NCBI GenBank assembly: GCA_963829055.1
Contig: CAWHHI010000008.1
Span: 64,001 to 128,000, forward strand
DNA from: an uncultured Gemmatimonadaceae bacterium
Lineage (GTDB): Bacteria; Gemmatimonadota; Gemmatimonadetes; Gemmatimonadales; Gemmatimonadaceae
DNA: 64,000 nt
Reading direction: 5' to 3'
Positions within the stretch are counted from its first letter, which is position 1. Each line of letters opens with the position of its first letter. Under the pieces are notes generated by a model, which worked only from the letters and a program-made list of their open reading frames with translations, did no database searches and had not been told where the DNA came from. Of this stretch, positions 33,301 to 44,713 are shown piece after piece. The position numbers and the translations under genes were made by a program.

Positions 33301-34980
33301 GTGCTCGTCGAGCCTGTGCCCGGAACGCCTGTTGCCACGTCAGACATCGTGAACTTGAAACGCACTTCTCTGCTCCGCACCCTGCGGAGATTGACGGATA
33401 TTGCCGTCGTTTCGGTGGCGCTCGCGGCTCCCGTCGCCACGTCCGCCGCGCAGAACGGCGGTACTCGCCCGCCTGGCGGAACCAAGGCGGCGACCTCGAG
33501 GTCCCGCCCCACGACGCGCACAGCGCCTCGCGCCAAGACCACGCGTCCTGCAGCGCGCCGCCCCGCACCGCCGCCTGCGCTCCGCTACACGGCCCCAGCG
33601 AGTGCGGCCGCGCTCGCGTCCGACATCGGCACGTTTCTCAACGCGCGAGTTCGCAGCGGCAACTGGGGCGCGATGGTCGTCTCGCTCACGCGCGGCGACA
33701 CGCTGTACTCGGCCAACGCTGGCGATCTGCTGATGCCAGCGTCGACCATGAAGCTGTTCACGTCCGCGCTGGCGTTCGACACGTTCGGTCCCGACCACCA
33801 GTTCACGACTACCGTGCTGCGCGACGGAACGCTCGGCCCCGACGGTACGCTTACTGGGAACCTCGTCCTGCGCGGCGGAGGCGACCCCGGTTTGTCCACC
33901 CGCTACTATCGCGCGCCCGCCGACGGACCGATGTCGACGCTTGCACGCATGGTCGCCGCCGCTGGCATCAAGCGCGTCTCGGGCGATCTCCTCGCGGACG
34001 CGAGCGCGTTCGAATCGAAGCGCGTCCCCGATGGCTGGCTCGCGCGGTATCTGGAGTCCGGCTACGCTGCACGCGTGTCCGCGCTCTCCATGAACGAGAA
34101 CCTCGCGACCGTCGTCATCACCCCGGCGCCTAACGGCGGCGCGGCGAGCGTCTACCTCGACCCTCCGTCGAGCACCGTGCCTGTGACGAGCGCCGTGCGC
34201 ACGGTCATGGGCAGCAAGCGTGACAAGCTCGTGATTCGTCGGCAGCCGGACGGCCGCGTCGACGTCCGCGGCTGGATCGGATCGAAGGCTGGTCCGCGCT
34301 CGTACCTCGTGGTCATCGACGACCCTGCGCCCTGGGTAGCCGGAACACTGCGATCCGCATTGGCTGCCCAGGGTGTGACCGTCACTGGACAGGTGAAGAC
34401 CGGCGCCGCGACGTCGAACGCGGTGACAGTGGCGTCGTTATCGTCGCCACCGCTCGCGCGACTCGCGTCAGCCATGAACCGCGAGAGCATCAACCACTTC
34501 GCCGAGTTGCTGTTTCGCGATGTCGCGCACATTGCCAGTCCCGACAAGGTCGGGTCGGCCGAGTACGGGAATACCGCGCTCAGAAAGTTCATGGCGGACA
34601 AGGTCGGCGCGACCGCCACGGACGTCATGGCCGCTGACGGCAGCGGCCTCTCCACACTCGATCGTGTGACCGCTCGCGCGCTGGTGCAACTGCTGTCCTA
34701 CTCGCATCGCGCGTCATGGTCAGCCGACTTCCACGCGTCGCTACCAGTGGCTGGCGAGTCGGAGCTGCTGCGTCATCGCATGCGGTACACGCCCGCGCAG
34801 GGAAACCTGCACGCGAAGACCGGAACCACGAACGACGTCATCGGACTCGCGGGCTACGTCACCGCACGTGACGGCGAGGTGCTGGCCTTCGCGTTTCTCT
34901 ACAACGGTCGCGATCGCTGGAATGCCAAGGAGGCGATCGACGTCTCAGGAGCGACGCTGGCTGGCTTCGTGCGAGAGTAG
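33301..34980 (+). CDS. dacB: D-Ala-D-Ala carboxypeptidase/endopeptidase PBP4 (peptidase S13)
   Basis: PASTMK (SxxK), SIN (SxN), DGSGLS and KTG motifs. Confidence 0.92.
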   Translation: MLVEPVPGTPVATSDIVNLKRTSLLRTLRRLTDIAVVSVALAAPVATSAAQNGGTRPPGGTKAATSRSRPTTRTAPRAKTTRPAARRPAPPPALRYTAPASAAALASDIGTFLNARVRSGNWGAMVVSLTRGDTLYSANAGDLLMPASTMKLFTSALAFDTFGPDHQFTTTVLRDGTLGPDGTLTGNLVLRGGGDPGLSTRYYRAPADGPMSTLARMVAAAGIKRVSGDLLADASAFESKRVPDGWLARYLESGYAARVSALSMNENLATVVITPAPNGGAASVYLDPPSSTVPVTSAVRTVMGSKRDKLVIRRQPDGRVDVRGWIGSKAGPRSYLVVIDDPAPWVAGTLRSALAAQGVTVTGQVKTGAATSNAVTVASLSSPPLARLASAMNRESINHFAELLFRDVAHIASPDKVGSAEYGNTALRKFMADKVGATATDVMAADGSGLSTLDRVTARALVQLLSYSHRASWSADFHASLPVAGESELLRHRMRYTPAQGNLHAKTGTTNDVIGLAGYVTARDGEVLAFAFLYNGRDRWNAKEAIDVSGATLAGFVRE

Positions 34981-35164
34981 CTGGTCGAGCCCCGGATTTG
35001 TTCGCGCCCCGCGTTCGGCAGGAAGCCCGAGCATGGGGCGCAGTCATTCCGGCGACACCCGATTCACTTCCCTCTCGCCAGTCCTCCGGCTACATCACGG
35101 AACACTCCGTGACCGCGTGCACTCGGCGCCGGCTCGGATGATGACTCGTTGCGGAGGTACTCCT

Positions 35165-35803
35165 ATGGGGATTCTCGACACGATTGGGGCGCAGCTTGGC
35201 GGCAATACCATTGCGCAGATCAGCCAGCAAGTCGGCGCTGATCCAGCGACCACAGCGAAAGCGGTTTCAGTCGCGCTACCGCTCTTGCTCGGTGGTCTGA
35301 ACCGGAACGCGGCCACGCCAGACGGTGCTGCCGCCCTCGATCAGGCGCTGACGCGCGACCACGACGGTTCGCTCCTCGATGCCCCGCACCAGGCGATCAC
35401 CAACCCTACCGCGCTCAACGCCGGCGGGATCCTCGGCCATATCTTCGGTCAGCGACAGGCGCCGATCCAGCAGGGCGTCGCGAAAGCCACCGGCATGGAT
35501 ATGCAGAGCGCGGGCAAGGTTCTGATGATCCTGGCGCCGATCGTGATGGCTGGGTTGGCGCGGGCTCGCGCCGCTCACGGCGCGAACGCGTCCGCGGGCG
35601 CAGTGCTTCAGGGGGAACAACAGCACATGGAGCGCCAGGTTCCGGGAATCGGCGGACTTGCCTCCATCCTCGACCGCAATCACGACGGAAGCATCGCCGA
35701 CGACATCGCGAACATGGCGTCCGGTCAGCTCGGCGGCTCGGCCGGCGGACTCGGCGGCGGATTGGGCAGCATCCTCGGCGGCCTGCTCGGCGACAAGCGT
35801 TAG
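35165..35803 (+). CDS. DUF937-family protein
   Basis: DHDGSLLD, ILGHIFG and LDRNHDGSIADD motifs. Confidence 0.75.
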   Translation: MGILDTIGAQLGGNTIAQISQQVGADPATTAKAVSVALPLLLGGLNRNAATPDGAAALDQALTRDHDGSLLDAPHQAITNPTALNAGGILGHIFGQRQAPIQQGVAKATGMDMQSAGKVLMILAPIVMAGLARARAAHGANASAGAVLQGEQQHMERQVPGIGGLASILDRNHDGSIADDIANMASGQLGGSAGGLGGGLGSILGGLLGDKR

Positions 35804-35886
35804 GCCCTCGACACAACCGGCGACGCCATGATGACGTCGCCGGGTCTTGCTTCCAACATCGTTAGGCGGTCAGACACCGGGCATTG

Positions 35887-37069
35887 TCAATCGGCGATGC
35901 CCGGTCCTTCATCGCGCGTCGCGATCCTGATGCCCCGCTTCGCGAGCTCGTCGATGTAGCGCTGCGGCGGAATGCACTCGTCAGGCGTGTGCACGCCAGC
36001 CGGTGTGATGTCGCCACAGGCCTGCATCTGTCCCGTGATCGATAGCGAGTAGCCCGTCGTCCGCATCATCGCGCTGATGCCGTGGCGCTCGTCGTACCGG
36101 TCGATCAGCTCCCACGTGAGCGTCCGTGGCGTGCCGTTCTTGCTGCCCGACACGCTCACGCGCAGGGCAACGAGGTCACGGCCCTCCGGCTTTTTCAGCT
36201 TCGGCCCGATCGTGGCAACCACGGCATCGCGCGGAACGACCTTCGTACCCTTCACGTCCACCGGGTCGAGCGAGAGCAGGCCGAGCTCGCGGATCGCCTC
36301 CATGATGTGCGCATGGCCCGGATACCGAAGCGTCTTGTACTCCATCAACGGAATCTGGCCCTCGTACCGGAACGGCATCGTCGACAGCCCGCCCGCGGTA
36401 TGGAACGCCTCCAGCTCGCCGACCGGCTCGGGGAACTGCACCATCACGCGCTCCGATAGTGCCGTGCACCTGATGGCGCTTCCCGTCGCGCAGCACCCAC
36501 GACAGCGTCGTGTAGTAGTCGAGCACTCCCTCGAGCGAGTACACGATCTGGTAGTTGAGCGGCGGTTCCGGCTGTTGCGGTAACCCGCCTACGAACATGC
36601 GCACCGCGCTCACCGAATCGAGCTGGCTGATGCCGTACTGCGCCAGCACGTTGACCATCCCGGGCGCGACTCCGCAATCGGGAACGATCGTCACGCCCTT
36701 CGCCGCCGCCTGCGCGTTCAGCCCTTTCTGCTTGAACACGATCTCCGTGTTCCCACCGAGGTCGCAGAAATGGACGCCCGCCTCTACCGCGAGCTCCGCG
36801 AGCGGAAAGTTGAAGTAGTACGGGATCGCGCTCATGACCGCATCGCTCTGCCGCATGAGCGCCAGCACGGCTTCACGAGCGCGAACGTCCAGTCGCGTCG
36901 GAAGGAGACGCGGCCCTGAATACGGCGCGAGGAACGACGGCAGGTGTTCGACGTTCAGGTCGGCGAGCCGAACCTCGCGAACATCGGGATTCTGAAGTAG
37001 ATCGAAGGCGCAGGCCGAGCCCTGAAGGCCCGCGCCGAGTACGAGCATCCGCATCCGGTATTTCTCCAA
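35887..37069 (-). CDS. Saccharopine dehydrogenase / lysine 6-dehydrogenase family, frameshift near 36460
   Basis: GAGLQG, DLGGN, DCGVAPG, KTLRYPGH and AMMRTTG motifs. Confidence 0.88.
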
Positions 37070-37173
37070 GGCGGTCGTGTGAACGAGAGCCGTATAAGCT
37101 AACCGAGGTCAGCCTCGCCTGTCATCCCGCGATACCGCGCTCCGCGCGCACGATCCTGGCAACGAAACTGGGC

Positions 37174-37632
37174 ATGTCTACCACTCCAACTACCGATTGG
37201 CGCGCCCATCTCATCGAGTCGACAGAAGAGATCCGGGCCCTGCTCAGACAAACACGTCGCATCGCCGTTCTCGGGATCAAGCCAGAAACGCGAGCTTCCC
37301 AGCCGGCTCATTTCGTCGCTGCGTATGCGCAGGAAGCAGGCTTCGAGATCGTCCCGGTCCCGGTTTACTACCCTGAGGTGACCGAGATCCTCGGCCAGCC
37401 AGTGTATCGGCGCCTGGCCGACGTTCCGGGCGATGTCGACATGGTGAATGTCTTCCGGCGCCCCGAGCACGTGCTGCCACACGTGGACGACATCATTGCC
37501 AAGGCCCCGCGTGCGGTGTGGATGCAACTCGGCATACGAAACGACGAAGCCGCCGAGCGTCTGGCTCGAGCGGGCATTGACGTCGTTCAGGACAGGTGCC
37601 TGAAGGTGGAGCTCATGCGAATGGGAATCTGA
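37174..37632 (+). CDS. CoA-binding protein (YccU-like)
   Basis: VDMVNVFR, VWMQLGI and VVQDRC motifs. Confidence 0.9.
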   Translation: MSTTPTTDWRAHLIESTEEIRALLRQTRRIAVLGIKPETRASQPAHFVAAYAQEAGFEIVPVPVYYPEVTEILGQPVYRRLADVPGDVDMVNVFRRPEHVLPHVDDIIAKAPRAVWMQLGIRNDEAAERLARAGIDVVQDRCLKVELMRMGI

Positions 37633-37711
37633 CTCGTCCGGACGACACGGGACGGATTGGACACAGGCGCCCGAACGGTCGACGCCCGTGTCCTCCCCGC
37701 TCCGATAGGGA

Positions 37712-37872
37712 CTACTGCGGAACCGGCTCCGAGTACAGGAAGTCGTCCATCACCACGAGGTCGTACGTCCCGCCGTTGCTGACATCCTGGGCCTGCGCGC
37801 CTAACGCGCCGGTGCCCGATGTGATGCGGACGCGGGCGATCAGGGCTGACGCGAACTTCACGCCCACGACGC
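37712..37872 (-). pseudogene. C-terminal fragment of a hypothetical protein
   Basis: Reads VVGVKFASALIARVRITSGTGALGAQAQDVSNGGTYDLVVMDDFLYSEPVPQ* with host-like codons and no clear start. Confidence 0.45.
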
Positions 37873-38091
37873 AGTGCGCATCTCGATGCATTGGGAACGC
37901 GGCGCGGACGACAGCGCCACGTAAATTGTCTGCCAGCGTCGGCGACGCGATTAAGAAACACCAACGGATCGCGGTACTGCAGCCGACGGCAGGCCGATCT
38001 GGCGGCCGGAGATGGCTGGTGAGAACTGCTGACCGACGGGAGTGCCCTGCCCTGACCTGAGGCAGGGGTCCAGCGTCGAGCGAGGTCGCTG

Positions 38092-38745
38092 CTACCGGGG
38101 CGGCGCTACGACGTCGTGCTTTGCCGCGAGCAGCGCGGCCTGCGTGCGGTCCTCGACGCCGAGCTTCTCGAAGATCGCGCTCACGTAGCCCTTCACGGTG
38201 CCGATGCTGAGGTTCAGCGATGCGGCAATGCGCTTGTTGCTGTCGCCGCGCGCCAGCAACGCGAGCACGTCACGCTCGCGCGGCGTGAGCGCCCCGAACG
38301 GCGACGGCGTTTCCGGCTCGGCGATGCCGCGCATGAGATGCTGCTGGGCGCGTGGGTGAAGCGTGGGCACACCATCCGCCGCGAGCCGGATGGCCGCGAG
38401 CAGCTCTGCCTTCAGCACGTCCTTCATGAGGTAGCCAGTGACGCCGGCGCGCACCGCGTCGCGCACCCCTTCGCCCTCGGCGAAGCTCGTGAGGATGAGG
38501 ACACGCGACTCGAGCCCGGCATCCCGCATCCGTCGCGTGGCCTCGAGTCCATCCACCCGCGGCATGCTCAGATCCATGAGCACGACGTCCGGCTTCAGAG
38601 ACGCAGCTAGACGGACGGCGTCGTCGCCGTCGGACGCCTCACCAACCACGACGATCTCGCCATCGGAGTCGGCGAGAATCATCTGCAGCCCTTCCCGAAC
38701 GACCTGGTGGTCGTCGGCGATCAACACGCGGACCGGCTTCTTCAT
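38092..38745 (-). CDS. NarL/LuxR-family response regulator
   Basis: ADDH...LMDLSMP receiver; LTPRE...TVKGYVSAIFEKL HTH. Confidence 0.93.
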   Translation of the reverse strand: MKKPVRVLIADDHQVVREGLQMILADSDGEIVVVGEASDGDDAVRLAASLKPDVVLMDLSMPRVDGLEATRRMRDAGLESRVLILTSFAEGEGVRDAVRAGVTGYLMKDVLKAELLAAIRLAADGVPTLHPRAQQHLMRGIAEPETPSPFGALTPRERDVLALLARGDSNKRIAASLNLSIGTVKGYVSAIFEKLGVEDRTQAALLAAKHDVVAPPR

Positions 38746-40547
38746 GAGTCTTCCTTGCTCGCGGACGCGAGCGGTACCGACACCTCGACAATCGTCCCGT
38801 CACCCGGCGACGACTGCACCGTGAAATGCGCGCCTAACGACTCTGCCCGCTCTCGCATCGTGCGGAGACCGAGCCCAGGCCAGGTTCGCCCGGAATGGGC
38901 ATCAGGCATCCCCCCGCCAAATCCTGTACCGTCATCGCAAACACGCAAGACCGTCGTTGACGGCCCGCTCGAGAGCGTGAGCTCGACCATTCGCGCATTC
39001 GCGTGCTTGGCGACATTGTGCAGCGCTTCCTGCGCGATCCGAAACAGCTCGTATTCCTGCTCGCCCGGAGCTGCGACGTATCCTCGCGCACTGAAGATGA
39101 CGCGCAGACCATCCGCGCTCAGCTCGCGGGCATGTCGTCGCAGTGCACCGACCAGTCCATGACGGCGAATCGCATCCGCAGCCCGGGCCACGGGCGCCGT
39201 ATCGCCAGGCGGCGTGTCGCTGCCCGGCCGAAGCTCGCTCAGCAACGCACGCATCTCGGCGAGCGCCGTCTGACTCAGCTGAAGTAGCCGCTCCACGCGG
39301 CGCTCGCCCTCGGCCGGATCGCGCTTCCACGCTGCGCCCAGTGACTGCGCGATCAGCGTGACGCTGAACAACAGTTGCGTCACCGAGTCATGCAGTTCCC
39401 GCGCGAGCCTGTTTCTCTCTTCACTCGCCGCCAGCTTCCTGGCCACCGCATGCAACCGCGCGTTCGCGATGGCGACGCCCAGTTGATCGGCCACCAATCG
39501 GAGCACCTCCGCATCCGATTCGCCGAGCGGCTCATCCGCCTCCACGTTCAGCACGCCGAGCACACTATCGCCGAGCAGGATGGGAACCGCAATCTCCGAG
39601 TAGACGTCCGGCGCACCTGGCGTGCGCAGGTATCGTGGATCCGCGAGCACGTCGTTCACGAGCACCGTCTCGCGCGTTCTCGCCGCGGCGCCCATGATGC
39701 CCTGGTCGATCGGGAACTGATATTCGCCATGAATGATCGCCCGATAGTGCCCGCCTAACGTGTCCAGAATGAGCGTCTGTGGATCCTCGGGGTCGATCAG
39801 CGCAATCGCCACGTTCGGATAGCCGAGCAGCTCGTGCACCGCGTCGGCTGCCTTCTTCAGCATGTCGCCGAGTCGCAGATCCGAGGTGATGATGCCGCCG
39901 ATACGCGTGATGACCCGAAGACGCTCGGTGCGGCGCTGCTCGAGCTCATACGTGCGCGCATTCTGAATCGCGATCGCGGCGTGTCGTGCGAACTCCCCCA
40001 GGGCGGCAACGTCGGATTGCGTGAAGCGGCGCGCCCGCGTTCGTCCTTTCTTCGTTGCGGCGACGGCCTGCTTGCCGCGCGCAGGCCTCTTCGCTGGCGA
40101 TTTCGGCGACCGCCCGATCCCGAAGAACCCGATCATCGCGCCACGCCACACGATCGGCATGCCGAGAATGGCGTCGTTCAGCATGCCGGGCTGCGTCGGC
40201 TGCGGCACGTCACCGTATCGGCTGAATCTGAGAGGCTGGCGCGCCTCGAGCACGAGACCCGCGATTCCCTCACCGATACCGAGCTCCGTCCCGAGCTCGT
40301 TCGGCGGCATGTTGAAGCCCGCCTCCGTGCGCACGATCCCACGCGCCTCGTCCACGAGGCCTATCGTCCCGTGGTCGGCTTCGAGCAGCGTGCACGCCTG
40401 TTCGACGATTCGCGTGAGCAACGGACGAAGCTCCAGCTCGCCGCCGATCGACTCGATGACGGACCGTAGACTCCGTTGGCGCCGAAGGGTACGCGTCCGT
40501 CGCCGCGACCGGATGGCGTCGTCGTTAGGCGACACGTGAGGCATCAA
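38742..40547 (-). CDS. Soluble GAF-GAF HisKA_3 sensor kinase
   Basis: ERNRLARELHDSV, QEALHNVAKHA, DDGTGF and GLGL motifs; two GAF domains. Confidence 0.9.
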   Translation of the reverse strand: MMPHVSPNDDAIRSRRRTRTLRRQRSLRSVIESIGGELELRPLLTRIVEQACTLLEADHGTIGLVDEARGIVRTEAGFNMPPNELGTELGIGEGIAGLVLEARQPLRFSRYGDVPQPTQPGMLNDAILGMPIVWRGAMIGFFGIGRSPKSPAKRPARGKQAVAATKKGRTRARRFTQSDVAALGEFARHAAIAIQNARTYELEQRRTERLRVITRIGGIITSDLRLGDMLKKAADAVHELLGYPNVAIALIDPEDPQTLILDTLGGHYRAIIHGEYQFPIDQGIMGAAARTRETVLVNDVLADPRYLRTPGAPDVYSEIAVPILLGDSVLGVLNVEADEPLGESDAEVLRLVADQLGVAIANARLHAVARKLAASEERNRLARELHDSVTQLLFSVTLIAQSLGAAWKRDPAEGERRVERLLQLSQTALAEMRALLSELRPGSDTPPGDTAPVARAADAIRRHGLVGALRRHARELSADGLRVIFSARGYVAAPGEQEYELFRIAQEALHNVAKHANARMVELTLSSGPSTTVLRVCDDGTGFGGGMPDAHSGRTWPGLGLRTMRERAESLGAHFTVQSSPGDGTIVEVSVPLASASKEDS

Positions 40548-42203
40548 CGAGACTGGAACGTCCCCAGCACGCGCACGTCCGGATCGAACGCTACGCCACG
40601 AGGCGAGGTCTCGAGGTCGAGCGGCACGACGAGCGTGGCGGAGCCGGTGGCGGGCACGTCGATCGTCGCTCGACGCTCACGACCCGAGGCATCGACGACC
40701 GCGACGGTCAGCGGGAAGCGATAGGCTCCGAACCGTGTTCCCTGCGCGATCGTCGCCACGACCCGCCGCTGAGCGGCGTCGTACCGCCACGAGGTCGTTA
40801 CCTCCGCGTACCCCGGCCGGCGCAGCCACTGGTCGAAGAACCAGCCTAACGACCTACCGGAGCGTGCCCTCCAGCGCGCGACGGAGATCATCGGTGAGCG
40901 CCGTGGAGTGACGGTTCGCCAGGTAGTACGATCGCACGCCGCGAAAGAACGCCGAGTCGCCGACCAGCCCGCGAAGCATGTGCAACGTCCAGCCGCCTTT
41001 CTGGTAGCTGTTCGTGTTCAACAGCTGCATGAGATTGGTTTGCAGCGTGTCGATCACCGGACGCGAGGCGACTTCGGGAGCTTTGACGATCTGGTCCCGG
41101 ATCCGACGCATGTCCGCGCGAAACGTGCTGTCGCCCCGGAAGCGCTCCACCCACAACTCCTGGAAGTACGTCGCGAATCCTTCCGAGAGCCACACGTGCG
41201 ACCACTCGCGCTCGGTGACGGCATCGCCGAACCACTGGTGCGCCGTCTCGTGCGCGATGACGCCAGGCTGCATGGTCTTCTTGCGGAACGGCCCGTCGGC
41301 GTAGAAGATCGCGCCCGCGTTCTCCATGCCTCCGTATCGCGTGGAGCTCTGCAGATGGGCGAGCTTCTCGTACGGGAATGGTGCGACGAGCTCGGAGAAC
41401 AACCGCACGATCTCCGGCGAATGCGCGAACGGGCCGGGGAGGAAATCACGCGATTCCGGAAACACGTACACCGACTGCCGCACGCACGAGCCGAACTCGC
41501 CCACGCCACAGCCATCGCGGCCGAGGTCGTAGTACACGAGTGGCGCCGCGGCGATCACCATCAGGTACGGCGCGATCGGCCGGTCTTCGCGCCACCGTGT
41601 CAGCGTGCGTGGCAGACCGCCGGAACGCGCCGCGAGCGGCGTCTCCTCGACGAGGTCTCCATTCGCCACCACGCGCCGTTCGCTCGGAGCGCGAACCGTC
41701 CACGTGACGGTCGCCTTGTCCGACGGATGGTCCACGCTCGGGATCCAGTTGCGCGCACGGTTCGGCCAGTTGTCGCCGAACGCGGTCCACCGACCCGCGC
41801 TGTCGGTGCGGATGATGAGTCCGTCCTTCGGCTCTCCGCTGTAGCGCACAGTCACGGAGAACGAGTCGCCCACGACCGTGCCGATCGGCACGCGAAGCAG
41901 CGAGTCCGTTCGCGCGAACGCAGCTGCGCGATCGTCCACGAGCACGCTGTCCACACGCAGCGACACCAGGTCCAGCACGAGCGTGTCCACCGCGGCCGAT
42001 CGACGGACCGCCAGCACCGCTCGGCCCTGAATGGCGGCTCCGCGGTCAGGCAGGTCGAGCGTGATCGCGTAGTCGACCACGTCGATGCCCGGGCGGTACG
42101 GGTGCGGACCGGGACTCTGCGCGAGCGCGGGGCCAGCCAACGTTAGGCTGCCGATCACCACCTGGAAGTAACGACGCGAGCCTGCGCAACGCGATTGGGT
42201 CAT
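40544..42203 (-). CDS. M1-family aminopeptidase (exported), frameshift near 40860
   Basis: GGMEN, HETAHQW...WLSEGFA (HExxH-18-E) and YQKG motifs. Confidence 0.9.
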
Positions 42204-43459
42204 TGGCGGATTGTGTGGTACACGATGAGATGATTCGGCGGGTCGTACGACTTCGCGTTCGGATCTGGCGCGATGGCGACGACGAACTCGCCACTCGCCG
42301 TCGACGCCAGCGCGATGCCGGGGCCGATAATGCGCGGTACCCGTACGCGGCCACCATCGCTGACGAACAGGCGAATCCAGCCGTCCTCGCTCTCGACATC
42401 CACCCCGCCGCCACGAAACGCGCGACGCTGCGTCATGTCCACGGTGGTCGATGCATCGATCGTCGGTCCTTCCACCCACTGAACGGGCGCGAGCGACGTC
42501 GCGTCCACAACACCGCGAGACGCGCCGCTTTCCGGGTCGACGAGGCGCCAACGCGATGCCTGTCCGTCGTCACTGATGACGTCCGCCGGCGCGCCGATCG
42601 CCAGACGTGAGCCGTTCGCTGCCCATGCCAGCCTCCACCCCTCAGCGATCGGGAGCGCGACTTCCCTCACGGGTGTAGAGTCATTCGCCACGCTCACGTC
42701 GACCACGAATGTACGCGCCGCGCCGAACGCCGACACCATGCCGCTCGTGGGAAACGCATGCATTCGGACGATCGATTCCCGAAGCCCGACGCCACGAGCG
42801 AGTCGACGCCACTCGCTCGCGGGGACGGAGTCCGACTCGCCCGGTCGCGTCGTGTACGCGCGCGAGTACGCGACACGTTTCCAGTCCGGGGCGGCCGCGG
42901 CGTCCCACGTGCTATCACGCTGTACGGGCGGCAACCCCTCCCGCGCGAAGACGAACCCGTTAGGCACGGGATCGTTTTCCGCTCCACGCGGGTCCTCCAC
43001 GACGAGTAGCCCGCGCCGGTCCTGACTCGAGACCCACCGCACCCGCGCCGACATTCCGTGCGTCCCGCGGTTCACGGCGACTACGCTCACGGCGATTCCG
43101 CTCGTCGAAGTCTGCGCTCCGACGACCTGGGGCTGCATTCCAGTCGCGCGCAGCGCGTGAGCGATCGCCCCTGCGAGCGCCGTATCGCCCGGAACGATGA
43201 CGCTCACCGCCCACCCGTTAGGCGGACGCTGCGCTCCGGTCGCAGCTTGCCAACCCTCCCGGCCCAGCGAATCGGCCAGCGCCGCGGCGCCACTCGAGTC
43301 GGCGACGTACGCGACGCGCACCAACGTCCCGGCGGCCGGTCGGTGCGTTACCGCCGTGGTGTCGGCGCTCGGACGCGCCTGCTCGCCACGACTGCACGCT
43401 CCGGCGATGGCGGCGCCGAGCGCGATGACCGCCACCTTGGTCCGACGGAGAGCGGGCAT
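42200..43459 (-). CDS. Hypothetical lipoprotein
   Basis: Basic N-terminus plus IAGAC lipobox; long beta-rich ORF overlapping the M1 start. Confidence 0.6.
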   Translation of the reverse strand: MPALRRTKVAVIALGAAIAGACSRGEQARPSADTTAVTHRPAAGTLVRVAYVADSSGAAALADSLGREGWQAATGAQRPPNGWAVSVIVPGDTALAGAIAHALRATGMQPQVVGAQTSTSGIAVSVVAVNRGTHGMSARVRWVSSQDRRGLLVVEDPRGAENDPVPNGFVFAREGLPPVQRDSTWDAAAAPDWKRVAYSRAYTTRPGESDSVPASEWRRLARGVGLRESIVRMHAFPTSGMVSAFGAARTFVVDVSVANDSTPVREVALPIAEGWRLAWAANGSRLAIGAPADVISDDGQASRWRLVDPESGASRGVVDATSLAPVQWVEGPTIDASTTVDMTQRRAFRGGGVDVESEDGWIRLFVSDGGRVRVPRIIGPGIALASTASGEFVVAIAPDPNAKSYDPPNHLIVYHTIRQ

Positions 43460-43481
43460 GCGAAACCGAACGCCGGCGTGC

Positions 43482-44633
43482 CTAACGGTCCGCGGCGCGA
43501 GTGACGCGGTAGATAGCGCCGGCGGCGTCGTCGGAAATGAGTAACGAGCCATCCTTGTGCACCATCACGTCGACGGGGCGGCCCCAACGTCGCCCGTTCG
43601 GACCCTGCCATCCGGTGATGAAATCTTCGTAGGACACGGGACGGCCATCGCGCACTCGCACGCGAACGACCTTCGCGCCCGTCGGCGTCGACCGATTCCA
43701 CGACCCGTGGAACGCCACCAGCGCGTCTCCGCGCCAGTCCGCCGGGAACATCGTGGCCCGATCGAGAAACGTGATCCCGAGTGGGGCGGAGTGTGCCTGC
43801 ATCTCGAGCGCTGGCGGAATTGTGCGCTCGCAGCGTGCGGGATCGTGAAAGTCGCGATCGGGACTCGGAATGCGATTGCCGTAGCAGAACGGCCAGCCAT
43901 AGTCGCCGCCGTCCTGAAGAATGTTGATCTCCTCGGGCGGAAGGTCCTCATGATCCGGCGTGATGTTATCGCGTTCGTTCTGCGTGACCCAGATCTGCTT
44001 CGTCGCCGGGTTCATCGCGATGCCCACGGCGTTTCGCAGTCCCGACGCGAACACTCGGCCATTGCTCCCGTTCTCGTCGAATCGCATGACGGCCGCGCGA
44101 TCGCGGGACTTCTCGACGCACATGTTGCATGACGATCCGATCGCGACGTACATCGCGCTGTCCGCGCCGAACGCGATCGACCGACTCCAGTGACCACCAC
44201 CGCCGCTGTACGAATTCACCCGCTCCGCCGATCCCGCGGCCTGCCCGTTCGCGCCGAGTCGAACGCGCACGACGCCGTCGGTGTTCGCGATGTAGAGGTA
44301 ACCACCGTGAAACGCGAGCCCGTGCGGCCGATTCAGACCGGACGCGGCGACCACCTGCGATTCCGCCTCTCCGTTTCCGTCGGCGTCCACGAGACGCACG
44401 ACCTCTCCCGCGCTCGGGCGACTGACGTACACCGCCCCGTCCGGACCGAGCGCCATGAACCGGGCACCGCCCACATGCGCGTATTCGCTGATGCTGTAGC
44501 CGGCCGGAAGCGTCAGGCGGCTCTGGAGTGCATCCTGCGCGCTACTCCGCGATGACGAGCACGCGGCGACGGCAACGATAACGAGGGGGAACGCGCTGAG
44601 TCGCACAGAAGTCCTCGGAGGGCGGGAGTCCAT
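43482..44633 (-). CDS. PQQ-dependent sugar/sorbosone dehydrogenase lipoprotein
   Basis: GLRNAVG, NERD, YGWP, HSAPLG, HGSWNR, GRPVDV and ISDD motifs. Confidence 0.9.
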   Translation of the reverse strand: MDSRPPRTSVRLSAFPLVIVAVAACSSSRSSAQDALQSRLTLPAGYSISEYAHVGGARFMALGPDGAVYVSRPSAGEVVRLVDADGNGEAESQVVAASGLNRPHGLAFHGGYLYIANTDGVVRVRLGANGQAAGSAERVNSYSGGGGHWSRSIAFGADSAMYVAIGSSCNMCVEKSRDRAAVMRFDENGSNGRVFASGLRNAVGIAMNPATKQIWVTQNERDNITPDHEDLPPEEINILQDGGDYGWPFCYGNRIPSPDRDFHDPARCERTIPPALEMQAHSAPLGITFLDRATMFPADWRGDALVAFHGSWNRSTPTGAKVVRVRVRDGRPVSYEDFITGWQGPNGRRWGRPVDVMVHKDGSLLISDDAAGAIYRVTRAADR

Positions 44634-44713
44634 CGACCAGCGTGGAGCGTACACACGTTCCACGCAGGCGACAACCCCGGCCGGTCCGACCGATGCACCC
44701 CGCTCGAGAAGCC

